Assembly (NCBI RefSeq): GCF_006345805.1
Contig: NC_043023.1
Coordinates: forward strand, 15,934,001-15,998,000
Source: Octopus sinensis
Taxonomy: Eukaryota
Length of the DNA stretch: 64,000 nt
Direction of reading: 5' to 3'
Shown in pieces: positions 9,718 to 24,800 of this stretch; position 1 is the first letter of the stretch, and every line of letters begins with the position of its first letter. The notes below the pieces were generated by a model. That model did not search any database, was not told the origin of the DNA, and saw nothing but the letters and a program-made list of their open reading frames with translations. A program made the position numbers and the translations under genes.

Positions 9718-12700
9718 CTGAAATGACAAGAATGTAATAATAATAATAGTAATAATAGCAATAGTAGTAATAGTAATAATAATAGCTATAGTAGTAGTAG
9801 TAATAGTGATAATAATAATAATAATTATATTTCTTTACTACCCACAAGGGGCTAAACATAGAGGGGACAAACCAGGACAGACACACAAATTAAGTTGATG
9901 ACATCGACCCCAGTGCGTAACTGGTACTTAATTTATCGACCCCGAAAGGATGAAAGGCAAACTTGACCTCGGTGGAATTTGAACTCAGAACGTAGCGGCA
10001 GACGAAATACCCATAAGGGGCTAAACACAGAGAGGACAAACAAGGACAGACACACGAATTAAGTCGATGACATCGACCCCAGTGCGTAACTGGTACTTAA
10101 TTTATCGACCCCGAAAGGATGAAAGGCAAACTTGACCTCGGTGGAATTTGAACTCAGAACGTAGCGGCAGACGAAATACCCATAAGGGGCTAAACACAGA
10201 GAGGACAAACAAGGACAGACACACGAATTAAGTCGATGACATCGACCCCAGTGCGTAACTGGTACTTAATTTATCGACCCCGAAAGAACGAAAGGCAAAG
10301 TTGACCACGGCAGAATTTGAACTCAGAATGTAGCGACAGACGAAATACGGCTACGCATTTCGCCCGGCGTGCTAATGATTCTGCCAGCTCGCCGCTCTTA
10401 GGGAGAGCTATTATGCCAACATCATTAACACCTGGTGAGCTGGCAGGATCGTTAGCACGCTGGGCAGAATGCTTAGAAGCACTTCATCTGTCTTTACGTT
10501 CTGAGTTCAAATTCCGCTGAGGTCAACTTTGCCTTTCATCGTTTCGGGTCGATTAAATAAGTACTGGTTGAGTACTGGGAAGAGGTCGATGTATTTGACT
10601 TACTCCCTTAGGCCAAAATTTCAAACCAATAATTAGTACACATGCACTGGATAAATTCCACTCCTTTATCGTTAGTTAATTGGTTAAATATCCAACTAAT
10701 TGATTGCTTATTCTTTTACTGGTTTCAGCCATGCTGGAGCACCACCTTTAGTCGAACAAATTGAGCCTGGGACTTGTTTGTAAGTCTGGTACTTATTCTA
10801 TCAGTCTCTTTTGCCAAACTGCTAAGTTACAGGGACGTAAACACAAACACACCAACATTAGTTGCCGAGCCATGGTGGGGGGGGGGAGACAAAATCAGAC
10901 ACACAAGTACATACATATACACACACATTATTTTATACAAAATCAAAATCTCAATCGATCAACATCAATGGAATTTGTAGCTGGGATACCAGTGCCGGTG
11001 GTACATAAAAGAACCATCCGAACGTGGCCGTTGCCAGCGCCACCCCGACTGGCCTCTGTGCTGGTGGCATGTAAAAAGCACCATCCGATTGTGGCCGTTG
11101 CCAGCCTCGCCTGGCCCTCGTGCCAGTGGCACATAAAAAGCACCATCCGGTCGTGGCCGTTGCCAGCCTCGACTGGCCCTCGTGCCGGTGGCACATAAAA
11201 AGCACCATCCGGTCGTGGCCGTTGCCAGCCTCGACTGGCCCTCGTGCCGGTGGCACATAAAAAGCACCATCCGATTGTGGCCGTTGCCAGCCTCGACTGG
11301 CCCTCGTGCCGGTGGCACATAAAAAGCACCATCCGATTGTGGCCGTTGCCAGCCTCGCCTGGCCCTCGTGCCGGTGGCACATAAAAAGCACCATCCGATT
11401 GTGGCCGTTGCCAGCCTCGACTGGCCCTCGTGCCGGTGGCACATAAAAAGCACCATCCGATTGTGGCCGTTGCCAGCCTCGACTGGCCCTCGTGCCAGTG
11501 GCACATAAAAAGCACCATCCGATTGTGGCCGTTGCCAGCCTCGACTGGCCCTCGTGCCGGTGGCACATAAAAAGCACCATCCGATTGTGGCCGTTGCCAG
11601 CCTCGACTGGCCCTCGTGCCGGTGGCACATAAAAAGCACCATCCGATTGTGGCCGTTGCCAGCCTCGACTGGCCCTCGTGCCGGTGGCACATAAAAAGCA
11701 CCTTCCGATTGTGGCCGTTGCCAGCCTCGACTGGCCCTCGTGCCGGTGGGACATAAAAAGCACCATCCGATTGTGGCCGTTGCCAGCCTCGACTGGCCCT
11801 CGTGCCGGTGGCACATAAAAAGCACCATCCGATTGTGGCCGTTGCCAGCCTCGACTGGCCCTCGTGCCGGTGGCACATAAAAAGCACCATCCGATTGTGG
11901 CCGTTGCCAGCCTCGACTGGCCCTCGTGCCGGTGGCACATAAAAAGCACCATCCGATTGTGGCCGTTGCCAGCCTCGACTGGCCCTCGTGCCGGTGGCAC
12001 ATAAAAAGCACCATCCGGTCGTGGCCGTTTGCGAGTCTCATCTGGCCTCCATGCCGGTGGCACGTAAAAAGGACCCACTATACTCACAGAGCGGGTGGCG
12101 TTAGGAAGGGCATCCAGCTGTAGAAACTCTGCCAGATCAGACTGGAGCCTGGTGCAGCCTTCTGGCTTCCCAGACCCCTGTTGAACCGTCCAACCCATGC
12201 TAGCATGGAAAGCGGACGTTAAACAATGATGATGATGATACATATATATGACAGGCTTCTTTCAGTTTCCGGCTGCTAAAATCCACTCAAGGCTTTGGAT
12301 GGCCCAAGGATGTAGTAGAAAACACATTCCTAATGTGGCACGCAGTGGGACTGAATCTGGAACCATGTAGGTTGACTAAAAGGCAGTGCTCCAACATGGC
12401 CACAGTCAAAATGACAAACAAGTAAAATAAATGTGTGTGTGTGTGTGTGTGTATCCCAATCACTGCTTGACAACCAATGTTGGTGTGTTTATGTCCCCAT
12501 AACTTAGCAATTTGGCAAAAGGAGACCAATGGAATAAGTACAAGGCTTAAGAAAAAAAAATCCTGGGGTTGATTTGTTCGAGTGAAACACTTCAAAGCAG
12601 TGCTCCAGCATGGCCACAGTCCAACAGAATGTCCACTTACTCAGCGTGGTGTCACGGCCTGGTTTCACTGTATCCAAGTCTTCCAGCTGCAGTGTGGTGG

Positions 12701-12971
12701 CACGAATGCTTTCAAAAGTTCCCATCATCTGTCAATGCAAAGGAAAAGTTCAAAATTAACAACACAAAACACATTTTTCTTTACTCTTTTACTTGTTTCA
12801 GTCATTTGACTGCGGCCATGCTGGAGCACCGCCTTTAGTCGAGCAAATCGACCCCGCGACTTATTCTTTGTAAGCCCAGTACTTATTCTATCGGTTCTCT
12901 TTTGCCGAACCGCTAAGTGACGGGGACGTAAACACACCAGCATCGGTTGTCAAGCAATGCTAGGGAGACAA

Positions 12972-13010
<39 letters not shown>

Positions 13011-14252
13011 CACATACATACACACATATATACGACAGGCTTCTTTCAATTTCCGTCTACCAAATCCACTCACAAGGCATTGGTCGGCCCGGAGCTAAAG
13101 CAGAAGACACTTGCCCAAGATGCCACGCTGTGGGACTGAACCCGGAACCATGTGGTTGGTAAGCAAGCTACTTACCACACAGCCACTCCTACGCCCACAT
13201 CTACACCTTCAGCACCACCAAATCATAAGCGGAAAGTGTAACCTCTCGAAAGAGCTGTTCTTCTCTCCTGCTCCGGGGCGTCAGCTGCGGGGACTCTCCG
13301 AAAAGCTCTATCTATGACGATTTCATCACAATCGAAGGAGAGGCTTTCTCCATCCGGTTTGCGGATCCGTGGAATAAGCTGCCGGACGAGATAGTGAAGA
13401 TACCGACGACCGCTCGGTTCAAAGTCTCTCTTGACCAGAAATGGCCTGAACTCTTTGCATGAACACCACCCTGTACATAACTCCATGTCCCTCTACATGG
13501 CCTTGCTTTCTGCTTTTTGAACCAATAAAAATTGAATTGAATATATATATATTATATATAAAGTTCTATCTACGACGATTTCATCTCAGTCAAAGGAGAG
13601 AGGCTTTCTCCGTCCAGGTTGCGGATCCATGGAATAAGCTGCCGATGAGATAGTGAAGATGCCGATGACCACTCGGTTCAAAGTCTCCCTTAACCACAAA
13701 TGGCCTGAACACCACCCTGTACATAACTCCATGTCCCCCGACATGCTTTTGCTTTTTGAGCCAATAAAAATTGAATTGAATTGAATATATATATAAAGTT
13801 CTATCTCGACGATTTCATCTCAATCGAAGGAGAGGGGCTTCTCCATCCGGGTTGCGGATCCGTGGAATAAGCTGCCGACAACTGCTTGGTTCAAAGTCTC
13901 CCTTGACCATAAATGGCCTGAACTCTTTGCATGAACACCCTCCCTGTACATAACTCCATGTCCCTCTACATGGCCTTGCTTTCTGCTTTTTGAACCAATA
14001 AAAATTGAATTGAATATATATATATATATATATAAAGTTCTATCTACGACGATTTCATCTCAGTCAAAGGAGAGAGGCTTTCTCCGTCCAGGTTGCGGAT
14101 CCATGGAATTAGCTGCCGATGAGATAGTGAAGATGCCGATGACCACTCGGTTCAAAGTCTCCCTTAACCACAAATGGCCTGAACACCACCCTGTACATAA
14201 CTCCATGTCCCCCGACATGCTTTTGCTTTTTGAGCCAATAAAAATTGAATTG

Positions 14253-14294
<42 letters not shown>

Positions 14295-17200
14295 CTCTAT
14301 CTACGACGATTTCATCTAAATCGAAGGAGAGGGGCTTCTCCATCCGGGTTGCGGATCCGTGGAATAAGCTGCCGACAACTGCTTGGTTCAAAGTCTCCCT
14401 TGACCATAAATGGCCTGAACTCTTTGCATGAACACCCTCCCTGTACATAACTCCATGTCCCCCTACATGGCCTTGCTATCTGCTTTTTGAGCCCAAAAAT
14501 TAACTTAACTTAAATCATCAAATAACCACTGCCCTCACCCTCAGGTGGGTGCACAAGACAGCTTAGTATGTAGTCACTCAGCCTGTTAGAAATAACAGCT
14601 AAACGTCCCTCAAATAACACTTTACTGCGTTACAAGCTGACGCGTTGGATTTTATCGTAATACACCTGATTCACACAACCAGCCCCAGCCCAAAGTACCG
14701 TGAATCCCAGGACGACCTGCTGTGTTTACCTTGGATTGTGGGGCGACCTGCCGTGCTTGAGGAGACCTATTGAGTCAAGTACATCAACATCAAAATAAAA
14801 AAATCGAAGGGAACTGTAGATGTGATGCCTGTGCCGGTGGCACATAAAAAGCACCACCCAAACGTGGCCGATGCCAGCGCCGCCTTTGCTGGCTTCCGTG
14901 CCGGTGGCACGTAAAAAGCACCCACTACACTCAAGGAGTGGTTGGCGTAAGGAAGGGCATCCAGCTGTAGAAACAATACCAAGTGTTTTGCTCAATAAAC
15001 ACACACAACGCCAGGTCTGGGAATCGAAACCGCGATCCTACAACTATGAGTCCGCTGCCCTAATCACTGGGCCATTGCATCTTCACAAGATGAGCACTCC
15101 ATCAGTTACGATGATGAGGGTCCCAGCTTGTTCATGAAATTAACCTGCACGTGGCTGAGTACTCCACAGACACGTGTACCCTTAACGTAGTTCTCAGGGA
15201 GATTCAGCGTGATACAGAGTGTGACAAGGCCGGCCCTTATAAATACAGGTACTACTCATTTTTGCCAGCTGAGTGGACTGGAACAACATGAAATAAAGTG
15301 TCTTGCTCAAGGACACAACGCGTTGCTGAGAATTGAACTCACAACCTTACGATCATGAACCGAATGCCCCTAACCACTAAGCCACGAGCCTTCACACTAC
15401 TACTACTACTACTACTACAATAGCAAACAGAGAGATTACTTACCAATGCAAAAGAGTCCATCTTGGTATACAACCGATCCAAGATGGTACCCAGTTCGGT
15501 CGGCGGAGTGTCGGGCATACGGCACCAGGAGACCAGTTCGTTGTCGTAACAGGTGTGGAACTTCTCCAGGTGTTGATTCATATTGGTGACCACCACATCG
15601 AGTTTGTGGCAGACTTCAGTCAGTTCTTCGCTTGTGAACGGATTATAAACATACTGCATGGAAGGAAAAAAAACAATGCTATTAATACATACACAGCAAA
15701 TGCAGACACTAATAGTAACTAGTATACTATGGACATTAGACAATGTAGTCCTAGATACACTATGCCTGAATGTAAGATGGGATGGTCACAGCTGGAACAT
15801 CTTTGATCATGGGTCTGTCTGGATCAGGATTGACCTGGGGCTAAACAACAACAGTTATAGCCACTAATACTAACTACTATGCTATACATTAAGATAATGT
15901 AGTCCTAGATACACTATGCCTGAATAAAAGATAGGATGGTCACAGCTGGAATGTCTTTGATCATAGGTCTGTCTGGGTTAGGACTGACATGGGGCTAAAC
16001 AACAATTACAGCCACTAATATTAACTACTATACTGCACATTAGATAATGTAGTCCTAGATACACTATGCCTGAATGTAACATGGGGTGGTCATGGCTGGA
16101 ACGTCTTTGATCGCAGGCTGTCTGTCTGGATCAGGACTGACCTGGGGCTAAACAACAGCAACAACTATAGCCACTAATATTAACCACTATACATCAGATA
16201 TACTACGTCTGAATAATGGACGGGATGGTCACAGCTGGAATGTCTTTGAACATACACCAGTCTGGATCAGGTTTGACCCAGGGACAAACAACAACTGTAG
16301 CCTCTAATACTTAGTATACATTAGATAATGTAGTCCTAGATACACTATGCCTGAATAAAAGATAGGATGGTCACAGCTGGAATGTCCTTGATCATAGGTC
16401 TGTGTGGATCAGGACTGACCCAGAAATAAACAACTATAACCATTAATACTAACTAGTACACAATACATTAGATAATGTACTCCTAGATACACTATGCCTG
16501 AATAAAAGATGGGATGGTCACATCTGGAACGTCTTTGATCATAGGTCTGTGTGGATCAGGACTGACCCAGAAATAACTATAGCCATTAATACTAAGTAGT
16601 ACACAATACATTAGATAATGTACTCCTAGATACACTATGCCTGAATAAAAGAGGGGATGGTCACATCTGGAACATCCTTGATCATAGGTCTGTGTGGATC
16701 AGGACTGACCCAGAAATAAACAACAATACATTTGATAATGTAGTCCTAGATACACTATGCCTGAATAAAAGATGGGATGGTCACATCTGGAACGTCTTTG
16801 ATCATAGGTCTGTGTGGATCAGGACTGACCCAGAAATAAACAACAATACATTAGATAATGTAGTCCTAGATACACTATGCCTGAATAAAAGAGGGGATGG
16901 TCACATCTGGAACGTCTTTGATCATAGGTCTGTCTGGATCAGGACTGACCCAGAAATAAACAACAATACATTAGATAATGTAGTCCTAGATACACTATGC
17001 CTGAATAAAAGAGGGGATGGTCACAGCTGGAACATCCTTGATCATAGGTCTGTGTGGATCAGGACTGACCCAGAAATAAAAAAACTATAACCATTAATAC
17101 TAAGTAGTATACAATACATTGGATAATGTAGCCCTAGATATACTAGGTCATCCCATAAGTTCTGTCCGATTTTACATTTGTTTTTAAAACGAAAGAAATT

Positions 17201-19133
17201 TAATAGTATTTTAGATTATTACACACACGGAGTGGTTGGCGTTAGGAAGGGCATCCAGCTGTAGAAACATTGCCAGATTAGACTGGAGCCTGGTGCAGCC
17301 TTCTGGCTCCCAGAACCCCGGTCGAACCGTCCAACCCATGCTAGCATGGAGAACGGACGTTAAACGATGATGATGATGATGATGATGTGAGTAAGAACAC
17401 TGAGATATTTTTGGTATCTAACATATGTCAGATACTGCGAGCGCTGCTTCTGATTGGTCAATCCATGGCGATGACCCGAGGTCACGGTGACGGCACTACT
17501 TTTGTCATTCATAAGTTACAACTAAACTTTCAATCTGTGTTATGTATTTCTTGAATGTTAACAAAATGTTAAACAGTCATCAGTTATCAGTCATTTCACC
17601 TGAAAACTTAGCGCTATAAAGTCGGACTATCTTCCTGCAGCATGACATCTTTTACAGTTACACATTGTGACGTCACTGACGTGAAATCAAGCTGTATTCA
17701 TGCGCGCTTCAACACGATGTGAAGAATTTAGTTATTGGGTTAATAAAATATGGTCGTTTATTCGTGTGTAATAAATAAAATACCAAACTCATTCTCTATG
17801 GATACCGTATTTATCAGATACGTTTACAAGCCACTCGTAATAAATACGGTATCCATAGGGAACTCGTTTGGTATTCTCTATATATCTAATGGAATTAAAA
17901 ATTATTTTTATGCATTTCCGTACATTTAAACTAATCTCTCTCTATATAAAGCTGAAGTTATGGGTGACAATTTCATATGACACCGCTAGAAAAAACTGCC
18001 ATTCAAACCAAAAAGATCCTTGTTTTTTTTATTCAAAATTCGGCCAGCACTTATGGGATGACCTGATATGTCCGATCTGGGGTTAAACAATAACTTACCA
18101 TATCCTTGATCACCTCCAATTCCTGGGATTTCTCTGCTAACTCCTGCTGGAGGGTCTCTAAAGTACTTTCGTACCCCTTCACCAGGTCAGCTATTCTATT
18201 CCTGGAAAATACCAAGACAAAGTGAGGATAAGTAAGGGTGTGTGTGGTTTGTGGTTGCGGAAGGTGTGAGAGTCCCAGAGATACATTTAGCCCCAGATAA
18301 GACCCCAACCAGTATTATAACCACATGCACTCATTCAACTCAACTCCTTTATTGTTAATCATTTGGTTAAGTATTCATTAACCATCTTACAAACAATAAC
18401 TCTGAGCACTTTTTCAAACTCCACCTGTCTAACACTCGTGGACATGTTTAATAAGTCAGAAAACAGCACAGCTCCTTCCATGGCTTTCGGAAACATTTTT
18501 TCATGGCTAAGAGTTGCTGAAGCATGGAACAAACTGCCGGCATCAGTTGTTAGTTGTCGGAGCACAGCATCCTTCAAAACTTCCATGCTTCCTGAGATTC
18601 GCCAACACTACACCTGATTTTCTCCCCCCCCCCCATACACACACAAGCATGTATCTGACTCATACACTGTTCGCTTTCCAGACATTTGTACATTACTGCA
18701 TATGCTTTACACACACTTTTGACAAGTTGTGGTGCACCTGAGCACTGTATACAATAATTTCATTATTATTATTAATTAAAAACTCCACCTGTCTAACACC
18801 TGTGCACATATTTACAAAGTCAGAAATCAGCACAGCTCCTTCCATGACTTTAGGAAACATTTTTCACGCTAAGAATTGCTGAAGCATGGAAGAAACTGCC
18901 GGCATCAGTTGTTAGTTGTCGGAGCACTGCATCCTTCAAAACTTCCATGCTTCCTGAGATTCGCCAACACTACACCTGAGCTTTCTCCCCTCCATACACA
19001 CACAGGCATGTATCTGACTCATACACTGTTCGCTTTCCAGACATTTGTACATTACTGCATATGCTTTACACACACTTTTGACAAGTTGTGGTGCACCTGA
19101 GCACTGTATACAATAATTTCATTAATTATTAAT

Positions 19134-19187
<54 letters not shown>

Positions 19188-21710
19188 TCATATATGCTTT
19201 ATACGCACTTTTGACAAGTTGTGGTGCACCTGAGCACTGTATACAACAATTTCATTATTATTATTATTATTATTTATTTTTTCAAAATAATCAAATGTTA
19301 GTAGGTTGTTTGTTTTGTGTTTGCTTGTTTCTTTTTGTCAAAGCTTTTTTGTTGCTATTGGCAACTTTCTTCAATGACTTTTTCTCTTAGCTTGTTATTT
19401 CAACCAACGAATTCACATAAAGAACCTTATACCCCAGGCACAAAAACAAATTGTACAAATAAATATATATATATATATTAGAAGGTTTGGAGATGATGTG
19501 CAGGTATTTTATATTAGAAGAAATAAGGTACTCAGAAATCTGGATGGTTTTATATTTACAGATATTTATTAGTATGTTACAAGTTTTTATAAATCATGTA
19601 TCATATATTAGCGCTGTGTTGCCATTTTTCGGTGTATTTCAACCAGAAAAAATGTTTACTTAAAGAGAATAACAAGCTACATAATGCAAAACTTTTACTT
19701 TTCAAAAATTCCAATTCTTAAGGGTCGAAACAAACCCGAGCAACGCCGGGCAATACTGCTAGTCTATCATAAAATACAAAATGGGACAAGAATGCAAAAC
19801 ATCCGGACAGTTAGGTGATACAAAAAAGGGACAACAATACATCCAGATAGATGATACAAAGAACACAAGGATGGGTCATACGGAGTTTTCTTTCCTCAGC
19901 CAAGTTCCAGATTATTGTTGCAATTTCGGCCGATTATACTCGAGATTGCTCCAATCTGGCCAGCCCCAAGGAAACACTAATCTAAGAGCATTAGATTCCT
20001 TGGAAGAAAGCAGAGAATGTATACGAGAAGGACGGAATAAAGAAAAAAAAAAACGGAGAATGTTACACAAATACAAATAACAGGACATAACAACAGGTGT
20101 CTTTCGACTAAGGACGAATTAAATTAAGCTGGTGTGTGTGGAAATAAAGCCTTACGGCAGGGATACAAGATTTCACAGGCACAGGGAGGTGCATCGAAAG
20201 AGAGAGATGGAGAGAAAAATAGGGTACTTACTTTGACAAATCTTCTGTGTTTCTCTGTTGATTCTTCATAATGCGAGCCGCAACTTCTGATGGTAGGAGA
20301 TTGACCTTGTGAGAGAGCAAGCTCTTCATAATGGTCGCATGGGTGGCTATCTGGTGCACGAAGTGGTCTTGTTTTTGCCAAACATCGTCTAAGTCTGACG
20401 GGAGGCTAGCGATTGAAGAGGAAGGAAAGTCATTTATAACGCCACAACAGCTTGGGAGAATATACATTCTTTCACTTGTTTCAGTCATTTCACTGCGGCC
20501 ATGCTGGAGCACCGCCTTTTAGTCGAGCAAATCGACCCCGGGACTTATTCTTTGTAAGCCCAGTACTTATTCTATCGGTGTCTTTTTGCCGAACCGCTAA
20601 GTGACAGGGACATAAACACACCAGTATTGGTTGTAAAGCAATGCTATGGGGACAAACACATACATATATATACACGACAGGCTTCTTTCAGTTTCTGTCT
20701 ACCAAATCCACTCACAAGGCATTGGTCGGCCCGGGGCTATAGTAGAAGACACTTGCCCAAGGTGCCACGCAGTGGGACTGAACCCGGAACCATGTGGTTG
20801 GTTAGCAAGCTACTTACCACAAGCCACTCCTGCGCCTACAAACACATCATCATCATTTAGCGTCCGCTTTCCATGCTAGCATGGGTTGGACGGTTCGACT
20901 GGGGTCTGGGAAACCAGGGCTGCACCAGGCTCCAGTCTGATCTGGCAGTGTTTCTACAGCTGGATGCCCTTCCTAACGCCAACCACTCCGTGGGTGTAGT
21001 GGGTCCTTTTTACGTGCTACCTGCACAGGTGCCAGACGGAGCTGGCAAACGGCCACGATTGGATGGTGCCTTTTACGTGCCACCAGCATGGGGGCCAGAC
21101 GAGGCTGACAACGGCCACAATCAGATGGTGCATTTTACGTGCACATAAACGCATATATAAATGTACAGATGCACGTACATGCATGCACGCACACACACAC
21201 ATACGGAGAGAGAAGAGAGACTGTGTGTAAGACAAAGAGAGATAGAAATACGGTATTTGTGCTGGTGGCACGTTGAAAAAAAAAAAAAATTCGAGGGAGG
21301 TTGTCACCAGTGCAGGTGGCACATAAAAAGCACCATTTGAGCGTGGCTGTTTCCAGTCCCTCTAAACTGGCCCTTGTGCCGGTGGCATGTAAAAGCACCC
21401 ACTACACTCTCGGAGTGGTTGGCGTTAGGAAGGGCATCCAGCTGTAGAAACTCTGCCAGATCAGATTGGAGCCTGGTGCAGCCATCTGGTTTGCCAGCCC
21501 TCAGTCAAATTGTCCAACCCATGCTAGCATGGAAAGCAGATGTTAAATGATGATGATATATATATATATATACCGGAGTAAACACATAAATGTGAAACAA
21601 GGTGGAAAAAAGAGTACTCAAATACCAGTGGTAGAGTAATATGCTTTATTTAAAGCAGCAGAAACTCAGAGTAACAGATTTTGTTGAATTTTCTGCTGCT
21701 TTTAAATAAA

Positions 21711-21802
<92 letters not shown>

Positions 21803-24800
21803 TGGTTGGCATTAGGGAGGGCATCCAGCTGTAGAAACTCTGCCAGATCAAGACTGGAGCCTGGTGCAGCCATCTGGTTCACCAGTCCTCAATCAAATCG
21901 TCCAACCCATGCTAGCGGATGTTAAACGATGATGAACAAATGATAACCAGACTTTTCAGTATTCAGACCAACATGGACACACATTGAGGAAAGAGAGAAA
22001 GAGGAAGAAAAAAAAAAAACAAAGACAGAGAAGACATGAGGAATATACTTACCCTTCACTATGGCTGACCTCAACAACGTCCAAGAGGAGGGAGAACAAC
22101 TGGAGCTGATCCCTTTTCGAAGCTGTTCCCTTAAAAAAATAGAAAGGAGAAACTGCCAATGAGAGGGAGAGAGAAAGAGAGTAAAATGCTTTCATGCAAT
22201 CCTAAAGCTGTATAAAAATACTAGCAGTATCGCCCGGCGTTGCTCGGGTTTGTAAGGGAAATAACTATAAAGCATTTTTAGAGAGTTATAGCCAAAAAAT
22301 AGCAAAAAAAGGGGAAAAAATATGGCAAATTTTTTTGGGGAGTTAAAAAGGTCGAGTTGCGTCCCCATGACAATCTGTGGTTTGTGTTTCTGATTCTCGA
22401 CCCCATGTCGAATTTATCGATTTTTTTCAGAACTGGGGGAACTTATCAAAATTTTCGCTGCGTTAGTTTTGAATTATGACATTGGGCTATGCGTGTGTCA
22501 AGTTTCATCAGAATCGGTTGAAAGCCGTGGTCAGGGTGAGGGTACAACCAAACAGACACACAGAAACACACACAGACAAACTGCCGTTTATATATAGAGA
22601 GAAGAGATAGATGCAGGAGTGGTTGTGTGGTAAGTAGCTTGCTAACCAACCACATGGTTCTGGGTTCAGTCCCACTGTGTGGTACCTTGGGAAAATGTCT
22701 TCTACTATAGCCTCAGGCTGACCAAAGCCTTGTGAGTGGATATGGTAGACGGAAACTGAAAAGAAACCCGTCGTATATAAGCACAGGAGTGGCTGTGTGG
22801 TATGTAGCTTGCTTACCAACCACATGGTTCTGGGTTCAGTCCCACTGTGTGGTACCTTGGGAAAATGTCTTCTACTATAGCCTCAGGCTGACCAAAGCCT
22901 TGTGAGTGGATATGGTAGACGGAAACTGAAAAGAAGCCCGTCGTATATAATCACAGGAGTGGCTGTGCGGTAAGTAGCTTGCTTACCAACCACATGGTTC
23001 TGGGTTCAATCCCACTGTGAGGTACCTTGGGAAAATGTCTTCTACTATAGCCTCAGGCCCACCAAAGCCTTGTGAGTGGATATGGTAGACGGAAACTGAA
23101 AAGAAGCCCGTCGTATATAAGCACAGGAGTGGCTGTGCGGTAAGTAGCTTGCTTACCAACCACATGGTTCTGGGTTCAGTCCCACTGTGTGGTACCTTGG
23201 CAAATGTCTTCTACTATAGCCTCAGGCCCACCAAAGCCTTCTGAGTGATATGGTAGATGGAAACTGAAAAAGCCCGTCGTATATAAGCACAGGAGTGGCT
23301 GTGCGGTAAGTAGCTTGCTTACCAACCACATGGTTCTGGGTTCAGTCCCACTGTGTGGTACCTTGGGAAAATGTCTTCTACTATAGCCTCAGGCCCACCA
23401 AAGCCTTGTGAGTGGATATGGTAGACGGAAACTGAAAAGAAGCCCGTCGTATATAAGCACAGGAGTGGCTGTGCGGTAAGTAGCTTGCTTACCAACCACA
23501 TGGTTCTGGGTTCAGTCCCACTGTGTGGTACCTTGGGAAAATGTCTTCTACTATAACCTCAGGCCCACCAAAGCCTTGTGAGTGGATATGGTAGACGGAA
23601 ACTGAAAAGAAGCCCGTCGTATATAAGCACAGGAGTGGCTGTGCGGTAAGTAGCTTGCTTACCAACCACATGGTTCTGGGTTCAGTCCCACTGTGTGGTA
23701 CCTTGGGAAAATGTCTTCTACTATAGCCTCAGGCCCACCAAAGCCTTGTAGTGGATATGGTAGACGGAAACTGAAAAGAAGCCCGTCGTATATAAGCACA
23801 GGAGTGGCTGCGGTAAGTAGCTTGCTTACCAACCACATGGTTCTGGTTTCAGTCCCACTGTGTGGTACCTTGGGAAAATGTCTTCTACTATAGCCTCAGG
23901 CCCACCAAAGCCTCGTGAGTGGATATGGTAGACGGAAACTGAAAAGAAGCCCGTCATATATAAGCACAGGAGTGGCTGTGCGGTAAGTAGCTTGCTTACC
24001 AACCACATGGTTCTGGGTTCAGTCCCACTGTGTGGTACCTTGGGAAAATGTCTTCTACTATAGCCTCGGCCAACCAAAGCCTTGTGAGTAGATTTGGTTG
24101 GCGGAAACTGAAAAGAAGCCTGTCATATATATGTGTATATGTAGATATATATATGTGTGTGTGAATATGTTTGTGTGTCTGTGTTTGTCTCCGCAACATC
24201 GCTTGACAACCGATGTTGGTGTGTTTATGTCTCTGTAACTTAGCGGTTTGGCAAAAGAGACTGATAGAATAAATGCCAGGATTACAAAGAATGAGTCCTG
24301 AGGTCGATTTTCTTGACGAAAGGCAGTGCCTAGGCATGGCCGCAGTCAAATGACTGAAACAAAAAAAAATATATATATATTTCCACACACACTTATTTCT
24401 TTACTACCCACAAGGGGCTAAACATAGAGGGGACAAACAAGGACAGACAAAGGGATTAAGTCGATTACATCGACCCAGACGAAACATTTCGCCCAGCTTG
24501 CTAATGTTTCTGCCAGCTCGTCGCCTTGTCCTTGACATTGCATGATAGCTGTAAAGGAGTGTCACTGTCATACAAGCAGTGTCATGCCTTTCCAGATTTC
24601 TGTGAAAGCATGCCTGGCCAGATGAAACTACAACCTTTCTTTTTGGTATCTTGGTGGATTCTTCCTTTTCGCCTTCAGCCCAGTGCGTCCATGCTGCCAA
24701 CAAAGCACGCGGAGTTCTGTTTTTGATTCGACGGTCATTCGGAATGCTCACAGCAGCCATATTCCTACCGCTCTATGTCACGCTGGTGAGACCCATATTG

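Noticed and set aside
10943-12243. Long ORFs of 331-430 aa on the minus strand
   Set aside because: They are translations of the 62-bp minisatellite in three frames and have no domain signature.
16692-17090. 132-aa repetitive ORF
   Set aside because: It is an in-frame 120-bp tandem repeat, antisense within a HAUS7 intron.
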